A stretch of 64,000 nt of DNA from Gemmatimonadales bacterium (GTDB taxonomy: Bacteria > Gemmatimonadota > Gemmatimonadetes > Gemmatimonadales > GWC2-71-9), in the NCBI GenBank assembly GCA_025934955.1, contig JAICWE010000008.1:6947-70946 (forward strand). Reading direction: 5' to 3'. Numbering within the stretch: the first letter of the stretch is position 1; each line of letters opens with the position of its first letter. A program made the position numbers and the translations under genes. The notes below the pieces were generated by a model. It was not told where the DNA came from and ran no database searches. It worked only from the letters and a program-made list of their open reading frames with translations. Positions 63,065-64,000 of the stretch are shown one piece after another.

Positions 63065-63504
63065 CTCGCGTGGGTGCCGTGTAAACGATGTAATCAATGG
63101 ATCGCCGACGGACCGGGACACCGGAGCACGCGACACGCTGACGCAGCGTCGAGCTTTGCTGGCGTCCGACTTCCACTGGCTCACCCGGTTCGTGATTCGC
63201 CGTGAGGCTCCAAGGCAGGGGTGTTGAGGGTGGCGCCGATCCGCGGTACGCCTCCGATCCGGCCGCCACGCCTCCGAAGCCATGCTACCATCGAGCAGCG
63301 CGGATCCGGTCGGCCCCGTGGCTCTTTGACAACGGCTCTCCCCCGGGTCCCGGTCCCAGGCCGGGTGCGGATCCAATAATCCCGCTGGCGCGTGCGCACA
63401 GGTGCGCGACGGCGCCCGACGTAACACTTGATCCCACCCGGCCTGCATCCGGCTTAGACGATTTCCGTCGGACGGAGCCATGTACCGCACCTGAGAAGGC
63501 GCAA

Positions 63505-63621
63505 CTAGCGAAGAGTCCTCGCAGGCGGTGGCGGATCGATGATCGTTCCGTGCCAGAGGATCGCCCCGATGATTACTAGAGCGAAGACGACTAATCCGAT
63601 TACCCATGCCTTGCGATTCAT
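63505..63621 (-). CDS. 38-aa single-TM peptide, hypothetical (below the ORF-track size cutoff)
   Basis: Hand-translated: ATG at 63621 with GGAG 5 nt upstream, MNRKAWVIGLVVFALVIIGAILWHGTIIDPPPPARTLR, TAG at 63505-63507. It starts 27 nt after the stop of the HExxH gene. Confidence 0.4.
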   Translation of the reverse strand: MNRKAWVIGLVVFALVIIGAILWHGTIIDPPPPARTLR

Positions 63622-63648
63622 GTGATCTCCGGCGTCCAAGTCTCCCAC

Positions 63649-64000
63649 TCACTTGCCCTGACAGCCGCCGAGGTCGGGATATCCACCATCGGCGTAGCCG
63701 CCACGATCAGCCCGGCCTTCATTGTCGCACGCATACGAATCCGCGTCTCGTTCTGCACTGTTGGGGGTCATGAAGAATGACTGCTGGGTGTGGCGCGCCT
63801 CATGCGCCATTACAAATCCGAGTTCGCCACCAGGGTAGTGGAAAGTTTCTCCCGCGACGTTCACGTTGCCCGTGATACTACTTGTCGACGCGGCGGGCAC
63901 CTTCTTCGTGAAGAACGCCTTGATACGGTCGATGACATCGAGCCCGGGATGGATCTTCCCGGCGTTCAGTAGCTGCAGAACTGACTTCCTAGCACCCGAC
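63649..64000 (-). CDS. HExxHxxQQ metallopeptidase-like (DUF4157-like) protein, C-terminal part; the 5' end lies beyond the window
   Basis: The frame is open to base 64000, so the track start at 63900 is an internal GTG. VAGETFHYPGGELGFVMAHEARHTQQS resembles the DUF4157 signature (G..I.F..G.Y....LLAHELxHVxQQ). The Cys/Gly/Asp-rich tail ends 40 aa later. Confidence 0.6.
   Translation of the reverse strand, partial: SGARKSVLQLLNAGKIHPGLDVIDRIKAFFTKKVPAASTSSITGNVNVAGETFHYPGGELGFVMAHEARHTQQSFFMTPNSAERDADSYACDNEGRADRGGYADGGYPDLGGCQGK

Noticed and set aside
62972-63652. 226-aa minus-strand ORF in the island.
   Set aside because: The composition is Arg/Ser/Pro-rich, and many codons over the first ~30 (checked by hand) end in A/T. 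It contains the 9-bp microsatellite as PARPARPAR and overlaps the better-supported 38-codon TM ORF in another frame.
1-64000. Search by eye for tRNA, rRNA, tmRNA, RNase P, integrase or complete IS elements.
   Set aside because: No T-loop-type GGTTCGA(A/T)TCC contexts, rRNA-like conserved blocks, integrase or transposase catalytic ORFs were noticed. This is a visual scan only and needs tRNAscan/Infernal to confirm.

Overview
High-GC bacterial chromosomal segment (about 70% or more by eye, from hand counts of single 60-nt lines only). It is gene-dense, with about 60 supportable protein genes. I found no rRNA, tRNA or CRISPR array by eye. The phylum cannot be assigned without a database search; Omp85, lipobox and TonB-like features indicate a diderm. 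All product calls come from motifs read in the supplied translations, and no searches were run.

Bases 1-58.7 kb look like core genome. Contents, in order: a PDT-ACT/DAHP-synthase fusion; an ECF sigma/anti-sigma/PDZ operon; a VIT1 transporter; leuS; an orphan MCP; a translationally coupled egtB-egtD-egtA ergothioneine unit; Rieske plus a cytochrome b-c fusion plus ctaA; and a stress-type neighbourhood (YceI, a BON protein with a long G/Q/Y-rich low-complexity region, a degenerate receiver domain). Next come a BlaI / BlaR1(M56)-HEAT / secreted-HEAT operon with a TACA/TGTA operator, sseA, a DHA2 MFS transporter and sufE. A complete RsbR-RsbS-RsbT stressosome module follows, then two more RsbT-like kinase modules, one fused to a PP2C phosphatase and one to a histidine kinase, then a REC-PAS-HK-REC hybrid kinase. 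The remainder is FKBP, rho (with an Arg/Gly-rich N-terminus in place of the usual N-terminal helix bundle), eutBC, a minus-strand run (DUF1015-serA-serC-VOC-FAD oxidoreductase; MATE, ABC exporter, glycosyltransferase), a stand-alone LigD polymerase domain, pncB-pncA and an Omp85-family barrel.

From about 58.7 kb to the window end the sequence changes character: lower GC, decayed genes and repeats. It holds an intact VapB-like antitoxin gene whose PIN (VapC-like) partner is recognisable for only about 44 codons before it runs into a 21-bp tandem repeat array. It also holds an IS3-family orfA remnant fused in frame to a start-less RHS/YD-repeat fragment, and an RHH gene followed by a 67-codon ORF that is ATGA-coupled to a 4-TM protein. 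The island ends with about 650 bp of apparently non-coding DNA containing a 9-bp microsatellite, and a partial HExxHxxQQ (DUF4157-like) protein followed by a 38-codon TM peptide.

The best candidates for something undescribed are the small modules in this island, the stressosome locus with three tandem RsbT-type modules, and the BlaR1-HEAT sensor with its duplicated secreted HEAT domain. None can be called novel without database searches.
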